Notes: generated by a model from the letters alone, not told the origin. 32,032 bases of DNA from Thermodesulfobacteriota bacterium (GCA_034661115.1 JAYEKR010000256.1:1-32032), one strand, 5' to 3'; numbered from the stretch's first letter, positions 1 to 7,977 are shown. Numbers and translations: made by a program.

Positions 1-43
1 AAATCCCGGCAGGTCCGGCACCGACAATTACCACATCAGCCAT
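1..43 (-). CDS. 5' end (14 codons) of an FAD/NAD(P)-binding oxidoreductase; runs off the window
   Basis: Minus-strand ATG at 43 reads MADVVIVGAGPAGI, a classic GxGxxG dinucleotide-binding N-terminus. It overlaps the lptG stop (36-38) by 8 nt. Too short to assign a family. Confidence 0.4.
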   Translation of the reverse strand, partial: MADVVIVGAGPAGI

Positions 44-1124
44 AGGTCCCCCTTTTTCTCAACAGCGTTATAGTCCCCACACAAACGGCTGCCGCATTCG
101 CGGTCCAGGCAGCCACCACGGGCAAAAGCACTCCACTGCCGCCCAGGGCCTCCATGGCGGAAGACAATGCCCAGTATCCAAGCCCGAACATGACCCCGGA
201 GGCAATCCCCCTCGCAATCCCGCCTGTCCTTGGAAACCGCAGGCCAAAGGGCAGGACTAGAAGGGTCATGATCATGGGTGATACGGCAAAACTTATCCGA
301 GAGTGAAAAGCGGTTTCGATCCCCGAAGAGGATATCCCCTCCTGTTGGAGGCGTTTTATATAGGTCCACAGCTCGCCGATGGTCAGCACTTCTGGTCTGG
401 GTTCTGCCATAACAAGATCCTGCGGCCCGCGATCAAGGGGGATCGTTGTACCACCATGGTATGTGTTTATCCCTGAAGACTGGTCAAGACAGAGTGTAGT
501 TACACCGTTTGCCTCCCATGAGGCATGGTTCCATCTTGCACTCTCTGCCGTAACAATAGAGGTCAGCACCCCTGCATCCATACCATAACACGTGACATTG
601 AGCATCCTGCCCTTTACAATATCAAGGTAGTCAACCCGGTAGATTGAGTCCCCCACCTTGAACCTGCCTCCGCTTACGCTGAACGCCCCTTTGACATCCC
701 GGTTCCTGATATAGATATCCTCCATACGGTCTGCCTGACGCTGCGAGACAGGGTACACATAAAAGGATATCCCGATCATGATAAGGGTGACGCCCAGCCC
801 AAGCACGATATAGGGCATGTATATCTGCCTCACAGATATGGAACAGGCCTGCATGGCAATGGTCTCTGAATACCGGGAAAACAGGGCCTGGGCACTGAGT
901 ATCCCAAGGCACAGGGAAAAAGGCATGACCCAGAAGATCACCTCAGGGATGGAAAAAGCCACGTATTTCACGATGATGTCAATCCCTGTATCGTGTTCCG
1001 CAAACATGGACATATCGCCGAAAAAACGCGAGAGCACCACAAGCAGCACAATGCCGGCAAGGGTTGAAACCCACATGATAGCGGCCTTTTTTATGATGTA
1101 TCCAAACAGGGTCATGGATCTCAT
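36..1124 (-). CDS. lptG: LPS export ABC permease LptG (YjgP/YjgQ family)
   Basis: Polytopic membrane protein with a large periplasmic insert, paralogous to and directly downstream of the upstream permease. The ATG at 1124 forms an ATGA overlap with the lptF stop (1121-1123), so I prefer it to the ORF-track start at 1154. Confidence 0.75.
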   Translation of the reverse strand: MRSMTLFGYIIKKAAIMWVSTLAGIVLLVVLSRFFGDMSMFAEHDTGIDIIVKYVAFSIPEVIFWVMPFSLCLGILSAQALFSRYSETIAMQACSISVRQIYMPYIVLGLGVTLIMIGISFYVYPVSQRQADRMEDIYIRNRDVKGAFSVSGGRFKVGDSIYRVDYLDIVKGRMLNVTCYGMDAGVLTSIVTAESARWNHASWEANGVTTLCLDQSSGINTYHGGTTIPLDRGPQDLVMAEPRPEVLTIGELWTYIKRLQQEGISSSGIETAFHSRISFAVSPMIMTLLVLPFGLRFPRTGGIARGIASGVMFGLGYWALSSAMEALGGSGVLLPVVAAWTANAAAVCVGTITLLRKRGTYG

Positions 1125-2179
1125 ATATATCCCCTCTTGCGCCGGAACAGCCATATTCCGATAACCGCCAGGCCAAACACCGCATCCGGCAGCCAGGAGC
1201 CGACAACTGGATTCAACACCCCTGCATCCACAAGGCGATCAGAAAAGATAAAGACCAGATAATAGCATAAAATGGTCCCAAGCCCCATAACAAACCCGGT
1301 ATAGCGGGTTGATCGCTGCTGCCGGATACCGAAGAGCAGCCCTGTGGCCCCGAGGATGAGATTCAGCACAGGAAAGGCAAGGCGGTCATGGTATTCCTTT
1401 ACCCATGATGGGTATCGGTTTTTGTCTATCCTGCGGCCCAATTCCACCTGGGTTGCCATTGTGCGGTACCGGATCCCTATATCCCGGTTCAAATCCATAT
1501 CCAGGCCAAAAAGGTAGGTATCAAAGGTCATGAACCTGCTGACATCCTTGTTATCCATAAAAATGCTTCCATTTTCAAGCCTCATCATCGCCCTTGAACC
1601 ATTGCCTCCGGCATTATCGATGACATCCATGGTGCCCCTGGCCGCTGTAATGATCCAGTGATCTTTGGTCTCGATAAATATACCGGAAATCTCTTTATTT
1701 ACAGGGTCCACAAAATCCATATACACCTCAAGCCCCTTGAAGGTATCAATAAAGGTCTTGGGTTTGATCAGACGATATATCTTTTCAGGCGCCCTTTCCA
1801 CAAGGCCCTGCTGTATAGCCTTCATGGACATGGGCCCGAGAAAGGTTGCAATGGCGAGATGAAAAAAAAGACAGATAAAACAAAAAACTATAACTGGCAT
1901 GCCGATGGCCCGCATGCGGATGCCCGAAGCCTTCATGGCAACAATCTCCGATTCGCCAGAAAGCCTTTCAAACACCATTAACACGCTGAAAACAAGGGCC
2001 ATGGGTATAATGAATACGGCCATGGGTACCAGGGCAAGCACGAGCAGATCCATATCACCCGGGGAAAGAAGCCCTCCCATATTGACCCATTCAACGATGA
2101 CCATGATGCCGTAGAGCACACCCATAATCGCAAAAAAGGCCTTTATAACCGCATAAAAGATATATCGTTGTATCAGCAT
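1121..2179 (-). CDS. lptF: LPS export ABC permease LptF (YjgP/YjgQ family)
   Basis: 352 aa. N-terminus MLIQRYIFYAVIKAFF is typical of YjgP/YjgQ permeases, with 3+3 TM segments around a periplasmic beta-rich domain. Translationally coupled to lptG. Confidence 0.75.
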   Translation of the reverse strand: MLIQRYIFYAVIKAFFAIMGVLYGIMVIVEWVNMGGLLSPGDMDLLVLALVPMAVFIIPMALVFSVLMVFERLSGESEIVAMKASGIRMRAIGMPVIVFCFICLFFHLAIATFLGPMSMKAIQQGLVERAPEKIYRLIKPKTFIDTFKGLEVYMDFVDPVNKEISGIFIETKDHWIITAARGTMDVIDNAGGNGSRAMMRLENGSIFMDNKDVSRFMTFDTYLFGLDMDLNRDIGIRYRTMATQVELGRRIDKNRYPSWVKEYHDRLAFPVLNLILGATGLLFGIRQQRSTRYTGFVMGLGTILCYYLVFIFSDRLVDAGVLNPVVGSWLPDAVFGLAVIGIWLFRRKRGYI

Positions 2180-2228
2180 GACTGACTAACCCCTTAACAT
2201 CATTATATACCCTGAAATCAAGCCCCAT

Positions 2229-2419
2229 TATATGAAAAAGACTTAGAACACCACCACAGTCATTCCGTTTTCCTCCCGTCATTCCCGCGAAGGCGGGAAT
2301 CCAGTATTCCTGGCTGGTTCGGCGTCTCTGGACCCCCGCCTTCGCGGGGGTGACGAGTGCGGATGATATGGTTTTTTTCATCCTTGGTTGTGAGCGCAGA
2401 AGCGCTCATGCGGGTTTAT
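2229..2419. repeat. Mosaic palindromic intergenic repeat, copy A (inverted relative to copy B)
   Basis: Contains hairpin modules attcccgcgaaggcgggaat, gacccccgccttcgcggggg and tgagcgcagaagcgctca. The reverse complement matches copy B perfectly over 32 bp (2235-2266 vs 4753-4784), 29 bp (2272-2300 vs 4658-4686) and 16 bp (2404-2419 vs 4450-4465). Confidence 0.85.
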
Positions 2420-2455
2420 CGGGAAAAGATTCATGATTCATGATTGCGGGTTTTT

Positions 2456-2884
2456 CTATTCACCCCTGTCATAAAGACGCATCACCAGCCGCACGGCATT
2501 GCCTTTTGCATTATACCGGACCTCGTCAAGGTATGCCTTCATGATAAAAAGACCGCGGCCTGACTCCCCGGTATCCGGCAGGCCCCGGGCAAAGATCCGG
2601 TTATAGTCAAATCCCTGGCCCTGGTCCTCTATCTCCATGACCAGCCGGTCTTTGTATATCTCAAGACCAAGGCGCACCTCTTTCGAGATGTCTCCCCTGG
2701 AGCCGTGGATAATCGCATTGGTAAGCGCCTCTGAAAGGACCAGCATGATAGCGAACAGCCTTTCCCTTATACTGTCCCTGTCCAAAAAACCCCGTGCCCT
2801 TTCAAAGACTTTTTCCACCTCATCGAGCGAAGCAGGGAAAAAAAGGTTCATTGTGTGTACAGGGGTATCATCTGGAGAGCCCAT
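2456..2884 (-). CDS. Anti-sigma-factor-type serine protein kinase (RsbW/SpoIIAB-like HATPase_c)
   Basis: 142 aa. N-box-like EALTNAIIHG, G1 box EDQGQGFD and G2 GRGLFIM are typical of RsbW/SpoIIAB. GAGGT lies 7 nt upstream of the ATG at 2884, which is 3 nt after the upstream stop. Confidence 0.8.
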   Translation of the reverse strand: MGSPDDTPVHTMNLFFPASLDEVEKVFERARGFLDRDSIRERLFAIMLVLSEALTNAIIHGSRGDISKEVRLGLEIYKDRLVMEIEDQGQGFDYNRIFARGLPDTGESGRGLFIMKAYLDEVRYNAKGNAVRLVMRLYDRGE

Positions 2885-2887
2885 TTC

Positions 2888-4051
2888 TCAGACCTCGATC
2901 CCCAGGATCACTACATCGTCCTGTTGCTCATTGCCTTTTTTCCACATCCGGTCCCTGATCTGCCCCACTGTTTCTTCCAGGGACATCCCTTTAAGCTGTC
3001 TGCAGATATCAAGAAAATGATCAAGCTGGGCTGTCCATACCCTGTTATCATCCGGTCTTTCAATGAGCCCGTCCGTGTACATGATAAAACGATCCCCCCT
3101 GTTTACCTCTATCTCCTGGTATCCAAAGACCGCACTGTCAAACATGCCGAGGATATCACCACCGGCCTCGATGAACTCCGGGTCTGCATGCACGGGGAGA
3201 TACAGCAGCGGGGGGTGCGCACTGCTCACAACGCTCAGGAGTCCTTTCCTGCGGTTAAGCCTGGCATAGCAGGCGGTCATATACCTTTGTGCCGGAAAGA
3301 TCCGGCAGAGAACATGGTTGATCATCTCCATACTCTCCAGGGGATCATAGACAAGGGTACAGTTCTGTTTAAGAAGGGCCTTGACTGCCGAGACCAGATA
3401 CCCGGTGGCCGGATCATGGCCCGAGATATCCCCCACAAAATACCCGAAGATATCTTTTGAGACCTCCAACACATCATAGAGATCTCCGCCCGCCTCGAAC
3501 AGGCTCTTATAATACACATCAAAGAGGGCCAGCGGCAGGTCATCGGGGGCAACAAGGATGGAGGACTGCACTGCCTGGAGCTCTTTGATCCTGCCGGCCT
3601 GGGCATCGAGCAGATACCTGGTCGCAAGGGACATCTTGAGATGCAGCCGCACCCTTGCCAGCACTTCCCTGAGATTAAACGGCTTGGTGATATAATCCAC
3701 TGCTCCGAGATCAAACCCCTTGATTTTGGAATTCACATCAGAGATGCCGGACAAGAGTATTACCGGTATTGAAGAGGTGGATGGATCCTGTTTGAGTCGG
3801 CCCATCACCTCAAAACCGTTTTCTTCGGGCATCATAATATCCAACAGGATCAGGTCGGGCCGCTGCCCTTTTGCAATCCTTCGCGCATCCTCGCCATTGA
3901 CCGCGCCCAGGACCTTATACCCCTCTTTTCCCAGGACAAGCCCCAGGAGATCCAGATTACCCTGCTCATCATCCACGACGAGCACTTTGAAAACCTGTTT
4001 TCCCTTGCCCATAACCATTGGATCAGCCATTTCTTCTAAACTCAAAACCAT
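2888..4051 (-). CDS. Response-regulator receiver fused to a PP2C/SpoIIE phosphatase (RsbU-like)
   Basis: The N-terminal REC domain has VLVVDDE, DLILLDIMMP and DYITKPF. The C-terminal SpoIIE domain has GGDLYDV, GDISGHD and DDVVILGIEV. The exact start is uncertain (M1, M8 or M12). Confidence 0.85.
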   Translation of the reverse strand: MVLSLEEMADPMVMGKGKQVFKVLVVDDEQGNLDLLGLVLGKEGYKVLGAVNGEDARRIAKGQRPDLILLDIMMPEENGFEVMGRLKQDPSTSSIPVILLSGISDVNSKIKGFDLGAVDYITKPFNLREVLARVRLHLKMSLATRYLLDAQAGRIKELQAVQSSILVAPDDLPLALFDVYYKSLFEAGGDLYDVLEVSKDIFGYFVGDISGHDPATGYLVSAVKALLKQNCTLVYDPLESMEMINHVLCRIFPAQRYMTACYARLNRRKGLLSVVSSAHPPLLYLPVHADPEFIEAGGDILGMFDSAVFGYQEIEVNRGDRFIMYTDGLIERPDDNRVWTAQLDHFLDICRQLKGMSLEETVGQIRDRMWKKGNEQQDDVVILGIEV

Positions 4052-4082
4052 TACAGGCTTGAATTGCCGGGGGTGTGCCTTT

Positions 4083-4397
4083 TCATGACAATGCCTGTTT
4101 TATCTCTTCAATATTGTTCCGGATTGTCTCGATGCGGCTGGATGCCCCTTCCAGGCTGCCTTGTCTGGCCTGCATTTCTACATACCGGGCCGCCTCGAAT
4201 ATCTCATTGAACCCCAAATTGCCGCCTGAACCCTTGATGGAATGAGAGGATTCAACGACGCCCTGCACCAGAGATGCTTCGAGTGCCCCTTCCAGCCTTT
4301 TTATCTCGGATGAGGCTGTGTCCACAAACAACTGAGCGAGTTCAATAAACTCATCCTCTTCCAGACCCAGGCGTTCTGCCATTGATTTGAAATCCAT
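4083..4397 (-). CDS. Histidine phosphotransfer (HPt) domain protein
   Basis: 104-aa four-helix-type protein with the HPt signature SHSIKGSGGNLGF. AAGGAGAAGG Shine-Dalgarno sequence upstream. Confidence 0.8.
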   Translation of the reverse strand: MDFKSMAERLGLEEDEFIELAQLFVDTASSEIKRLEGALEASLVQGVVESSHSIKGSGGNLGFNEIFEAARYVEMQARQGSLEGASSRIETIRNNIEEIKQALS

Positions 4398-4449
4398 ATC
4401 CTTCTCCTTTGCCCTTTTATGTTCTTTGCTACCTTAAAATCACTTATCT

Positions 4450-4790
4450 ATAAACCCGCATGAGCTGTGCTCACAACCAGGGACGGGAAAAAAGGCCTCA
4501 CCGCTGATGAGCAGAGGACGCGGAGTTAGAATCCTATATAATATCACAAAGATAACCGTCACCCGCGTCTGCCTGCTGCAGGCAGGCCTGCGAAGTGCGT
4601 CGCACGCAGACAGGCGAAAGCGGGGGTCCAGAAACGCCGACCCATCTGGAACACTGTATTCCCGCCTTCGCGGGAATGACGGGAGGGGAACAGAAATGAC
4701 GGGAGGGGAACAGAAATGACGGGAGGGGAACAGAAATGACGGGAGGGGAACGGGAATGACTGTGGTGGTGTTCTAAGTCTTTTTTATATA
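4450..4790. repeat. Mosaic palindromic intergenic repeat, copy B (expanded)
   Basis: Same head (ataaacccgcatgagc...gctcacaacca) and tail (attcccgccttcgcgggaatgacgggagg...ggaatgactgtggtggtgttctaagtcttttt) as the reverse complement of copy A. It also carries an extra palindrome module gtctgcctgctgcaggcaggc and a 20-bp tandem expansion. Confidence 0.85.
4671..4760. repeat. 20-bp direct tandem repeat, about 4.5 copies (gggaggggaacagaaatgac)
   Basis: Units lie at 4681-4700, 4701-4720 and 4721-4740 (identical), plus 4741-4760 (variant gggaggggaacgggaatgac) and a preceding half unit at 4671-4680. Copy A has a single unit. Confidence 0.95.
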
Positions 4791-4814
4791 AGAAACAAAA
4801 GAAGAGAAAAGGGT

Positions 4815-4861
4815 CATTGCCAGCCGGTTTGACTCGTGTTCTCTCAAGTCCGCCGGCAATG
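4815..4861 (-). terminator. Possible intrinsic terminator downstream of the antitoxin reading frame
   Basis: Inverted repeat cattgcc(a)gccgg / ccg(c)cggcaatg, followed on the minus strand by a T-rich run (complement of 4791-4814). The loop is long, so the call is weak. Confidence 0.3.
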
Positions 4862-4886
4862 TCCCGGCTAACCCTTCCGGCAGTCT

Positions 4887-5174
4887 TTAAGTCAGGGAAC
4901 CATTCAAATATTTATGAACAAGACTGGAAATAAGTGTCTGGTAGGGTATACCTTCTTCAATGGCCTTTATCTAAATTTGATAATAATCCTTTTGAGTAAG
5001 ACGGAGATTGATACGTTTTTCTTTTTTCAAGGTGTTTCGTGCGGCTGCCATTGCCTTGTCTTTCTCCTGAAAAACCTTTTTAACAGGCTGCCACTCGACA
5101 CGTTCGATTGATTCCATCAAGTCCTTTTCTTCCTGGTCAATTGGCTCAAATGCCTTTTTATTTGTTTTTTCCAT
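4887..5174 (-). pseudogene. CopG/RHH-type antitoxin (PF12441-like) interrupted by an in-frame TAG
   Basis: The ORF 4971-5174 ends ...KRINLRLTQKDYYQI at a TAG (4971-4973). The same frame continues IKAIEEGIPYQTLISSLVHKYLNGSLT to a TAA at 4887-4889. That continuation is the conserved C-terminal EEGIPYQTLISS..HKY block of this antitoxin family. Confidence 0.7.
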
Positions 5175-5287
5175 AATTTCCCATTTAAACCGTATTGTTT
5201 TGTATATTTACGGCTTGGAAAAACAGTTTTAAGAAATATTTCATTATCGTTTTCTACAAAAGGTACAATAGGGGAAACACCCTTGAG
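5117..5287 (-). pseudogene. 5'-truncated toxin remnant (BrnT/DUF497-like C-terminus)
   Basis: The minus frame reads LKGVSPIVPFVENDNEIFLKTVFPSRKYTKQYGL, preceded by three stops. It resembles the C-terminal ...IRIISARKATKKE..Y segment of BrnT toxins, which normally sit just upstream of this antitoxin type. There is no start codon or N-terminal half. Confidence 0.35.
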
Positions 5288-5328
5288 TTAAGCCTGTCAA
5301 CAACGCTAACCGGCCTTCAGCACATCCT

Positions 5329-5385
5329 TCAGGATGACTTTAAAGAATTTCCTGTCCCTGTATAATAATAGATCGTTGCGCTCAT
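5329..5385 (-). pseudogene. 18-codon remnant of a flavodoxin-like / EFR1-type ferredoxin N-terminus
   Basis: MSATIYYYTGTGNSLKSS then stop. The xIYYxSGTGN(S/T)L motif is the typical N-terminus of flavodoxin-fold proteins, and the rest of the gene is absent. Confidence 0.4.
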
Positions 5386-5404
5386 TGCCTTAGCCCTTCT
5401 GTTT

Positions 5405-6220
5405 TCAATCATAAACCTCCCTGATCTCTTTGACCATATCCCCGCTGATCCAGCCCCTTTTATCGTCTGAGAGGTGGATGAGCCACCATCCATGTTCCTG
5501 CCTTTCCTCGTGGACAATGGTCCCTGCATGCAACCTGAAAAGCAGGGTATCTCCTTTGGCAGGTCCGGCCAGGACATCTGCCTCTTTATCCACTACCACG
5601 GCCCTGTCATCAAAAACAGTGTCATACCATTTTGCACCAAAGGAAACCCCTGATACAGACCACAGGCACAGGGAAATAAGCAGCAGATACCAGGTCCATT
5701 CCCTTTTAAAAAATACTCGCAGCAAAAGCACAAAAAAGAACACGGCATTCAGCAATACAAAGACCCAGAAGATCTCGGCCAGGCTAAAGGCCCTTATCCA
5801 GAAAAAGGCGGACCCGATAAAACCGCTCGACACCTTTACCTCATCCACGCTTTTGTCACGTGCATACTGCAGATTGAACTCAAGGTCCGGGTCGCGCGGC
5901 ATCAGCCTGAGGGCCCTTTCATAATTCAGGATGGCCATTCCCATCTGGTCCATACGGAAAAAGGCATTTCCAAGGTTATAATAGATGTTCCCGTCTGCCT
6001 GGCCATCTTTAATGAGCCATTGGTATATCTCTGATGCATCTGCAAAACACCCCTGGTCAAAGGCCAGGTTGGCACGGAAAAACCTGTCTTGAACACTCTC
6101 AACAGCCGCATGGATGACAACCGGACATATCACAAGCATGACTAAAGCACAGGCCACTGTCTTCAATCGATTCATCATTGATCTGTTCACTATCGATCTG
6201 TTCACTGTCGACCTGTTCAC
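5405..6220 (-). CDS. batE: BatE-like protein (signal/TM, TPR repeats, TM segments, C-terminal SH3-like domain)
   Basis: TPR-like YYNLGNAFFRMDQMGMAILNYERALRLMPRD and a C-terminal SH3b-like GWWLIHLSDDKRGWISGDMV. It is the last gene of the Bat operon. The start is either GTG 6220 (GTGA overlap with the batD stop) or ATG 6178/6175. Confidence 0.75.
   Translation of the reverse strand: MNRSTVNRSIVNRSMMNRLKTVACALVMLVICPVVIHAAVESVQDRFFRANLAFDQGCFADASEIYQWLIKDGQADGNIYYNLGNAFFRMDQMGMAILNYERALRLMPRDPDLEFNLQYARDKSVDEVKVSSGFIGSAFFWIRAFSLAEIFWVFVLLNAVFFFVLLLRVFFKREWTWYLLLISLCLWSVSGVSFGAKWYDTVFDDRAVVVDKEADVLAGPAKGDTLLFRLHAGTIVHEERQEHGWWLIHLSDDKRGWISGDMVKEIREVYD
6180..6220. repeat. 15-bp tandem repeat, 2.7 copies (gatctgttcacTatc / gatctgttcacTgtc / gacctgttcac)
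   Basis: Direct reading of the sequence. If batE starts at GTG 6220, the minus strand encodes (VNRSx)3. Confidence 0.9.
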
Positions 6221-7977
6221 CCAAGCCCCCTTTCTATCTCCCTGAAAAGCCCGGCAATATCTTTGTTCTTATCACAGGGGGCATCACCTCTACCTGTATA
6301 GACCCTGTCAAAGAGGGCATTGAGTTCCCCTTCCAGGCTATCGATCAAGGCATTGTCCACACCCCTCGACCGCAGTATCGCACCTGCCTGCCCGGGTGTA
6401 AGGGTACCCAGAGACATATCGAAGCGGTCATTAAAATACCCCCTTACAATATCCATGAGGTCACCTGCACCGATTCCGGGGTCCTTAGACCTTTGGACAA
6501 GGCGTTTAAGCGCCTTTTTCGCCCTTTGCCCTGAGATATTCTCCATGGTCTTTTTCCTGGCCCGCACGATCGAGACAACAATGAGATATACAGCCACAGG
6601 CCCCAGCAGCAACAGCCACAAAAGGACAGGACCCGGGATATGCGCCCCTTTTGACAATGCAGTATGTACGGGCAGGATATCATGGCCGATCTCTTTTACC
6701 TGTCTTTTGTTTTTCCCACCCGGGCCCTTGCTTTGTGTATGACCAGATGACACAAGGGGGGGCTGTCCGGATGCGGATTCCCGGACATCGAGTTCCAGGG
6801 GCCGGGTCTTTATCTCCCGGTAGGCCCCTTTCTTTGTATCAAAAAAGGTCAAAGAATACGGCGGAATCCTGTATTTGCCGGGCTTTTCAGGGACCATGGC
6901 CCATTTCATGGTCTTTGTCCCCTCAGGCCCCTGGGGCCCTCTTTGGACCTTCAGGTCCGGTTGGTCGGCATACACCTTTATATGCGTAAATCCCGGGCCT
7001 TTGATGTCAGGTATGCGTTTTACATTGCCGCGGCCGCTGATGGTGACGATCAAAGATGCGCTGTCTCCTGCCTTTATCCTGGCAGGGTCAAGTTTCGAGA
7101 CAATCCTGAATCGCCCCACAAGCCCGCTGAACCCGTCCGGCCTGCCCTTTAGAGGTAGTGGAGATACCTCAAGGTCAATAGAATCACTCTTTATTTGGAT
7201 ACGCCGGCCATTGGAACGGGAAAAAAACGGATCATTTGCAAAAAAACCATTCGTGGATCTCCTATTTTCTGAATCATAAGACACAAGGTCCATCCGGGAG
7301 GCACCAACACCATACAGACCGGGTTTTTCGGGGACCACACTATATCTGACCTCGATGACATGGTATGACCGGCCATTATATACACCTGTGTATTGTGATG
7401 CCTTTGATGCCTGCTTGAAGGTAAGCCCATCTACATCAGGCGGATTCAGGGAAAGGTCAGAGACCCTGTCTGTATAAAAAAGCTTCAGCGTGTATATGAG
7501 AGGCTCTTCCTCGTACACCTTTTTTGATGAGAGCTCGGCCCTCAAAAAAGGACCCTGTCTGTTTGGCCCTGATGCAGCCGATACCTTGCGCACAACCAGA
7601 GTTTGTGTGCCGCTTTTGTATGTGCGGCCGTCAACCTCTATCTCTGCCGGCCCGACATGAAAGGTCCCTGTCTTTTGCGGCCTGATATAATATGTATAGT
7701 CAAGGCTCACTGTCTTTTTCCGATTTATTATCTCTATACGACTGGATGTCCCTGAAGAGGCAATATCAAAGGAATCAAGACCGCTGATAAGAGGGTGCCT
7801 GTCCATGGAGCGGACGCCTGAGACAGATATTACCATCTTTACCTGGTCGGCAGTAGTGGTCTCATCCCGGTCGAGCTCCAGGCCCACAGACACATCACTC
7901 GCCAAAGCCGGCATCGCTGTCAGGATAATCCCGGTCAGGACAAGCATGGTCATAACAAAAACAAGAGTTTTTTTCAT
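6217..7977 (-). CDS. batD: BatD-like oxygen-tolerance protein
   Basis: 586 aa with a signal peptide, repeated beta-rich extracytoplasmic domains, a TM segment (LLWLLLLGPVAVYLIVV) and a cytoplasmic tail. Architecture and operon position match BatD. Confidence 0.8.
   Translation of the reverse strand: MKKTLVFVMTMLVLTGIILTAMPALASDVSVGLELDRDETTTADQVKMVISVSGVRSMDRHPLISGLDSFDIASSGTSSRIEIINRKKTVSLDYTYYIRPQKTGTFHVGPAEIEVDGRTYKSGTQTLVVRKVSAASGPNRQGPFLRAELSSKKVYEEEPLIYTLKLFYTDRVSDLSLNPPDVDGLTFKQASKASQYTGVYNGRSYHVIEVRYSVVPEKPGLYGVGASRMDLVSYDSENRRSTNGFFANDPFFSRSNGRRIQIKSDSIDLEVSPLPLKGRPDGFSGLVGRFRIVSKLDPARIKAGDSASLIVTISGRGNVKRIPDIKGPGFTHIKVYADQPDLKVQRGPQGPEGTKTMKWAMVPEKPGKYRIPPYSLTFFDTKKGAYREIKTRPLELDVRESASGQPPLVSSGHTQSKGPGGKNKRQVKEIGHDILPVHTALSKGAHIPGPVLLWLLLLGPVAVYLIVVSIVRARKKTMENISGQRAKKALKRLVQRSKDPGIGAGDLMDIVRGYFNDRFDMSLGTLTPGQAGAILRSRGVDNALIDSLEGELNALFDRVYTGRGDAPCDKNKDIAGLFREIERGLG

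Noticed and set aside
2091-2381. 96-aa ORF (also 4507-4719, 24634-25002 and 24786-25043) with PAKAGVQ / IPAFAGMTG-like peptides
   Set aside because: These ORFs lie entirely inside the palindromic intergenic repeats. They are open on both strands because of the hairpin symmetry, and they lack Shine-Dalgarno sequences. They are classic spurious translations of REP/BIME-like elements.
4671-4760. Regularly spaced 20-bp repeats that might look like a small CRISPR array
   Set aside because: The units are directly adjacent with no spacers. The array is part of a repeat element also present at 2229-2419, and no cas genes or leader are present.
5281-5300. TTGACA hexamer upstream of the decayed TA locus as a promoter
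   Set aside because: No acceptable -10 element lies at 16-18 nt spacing on the minus strand.
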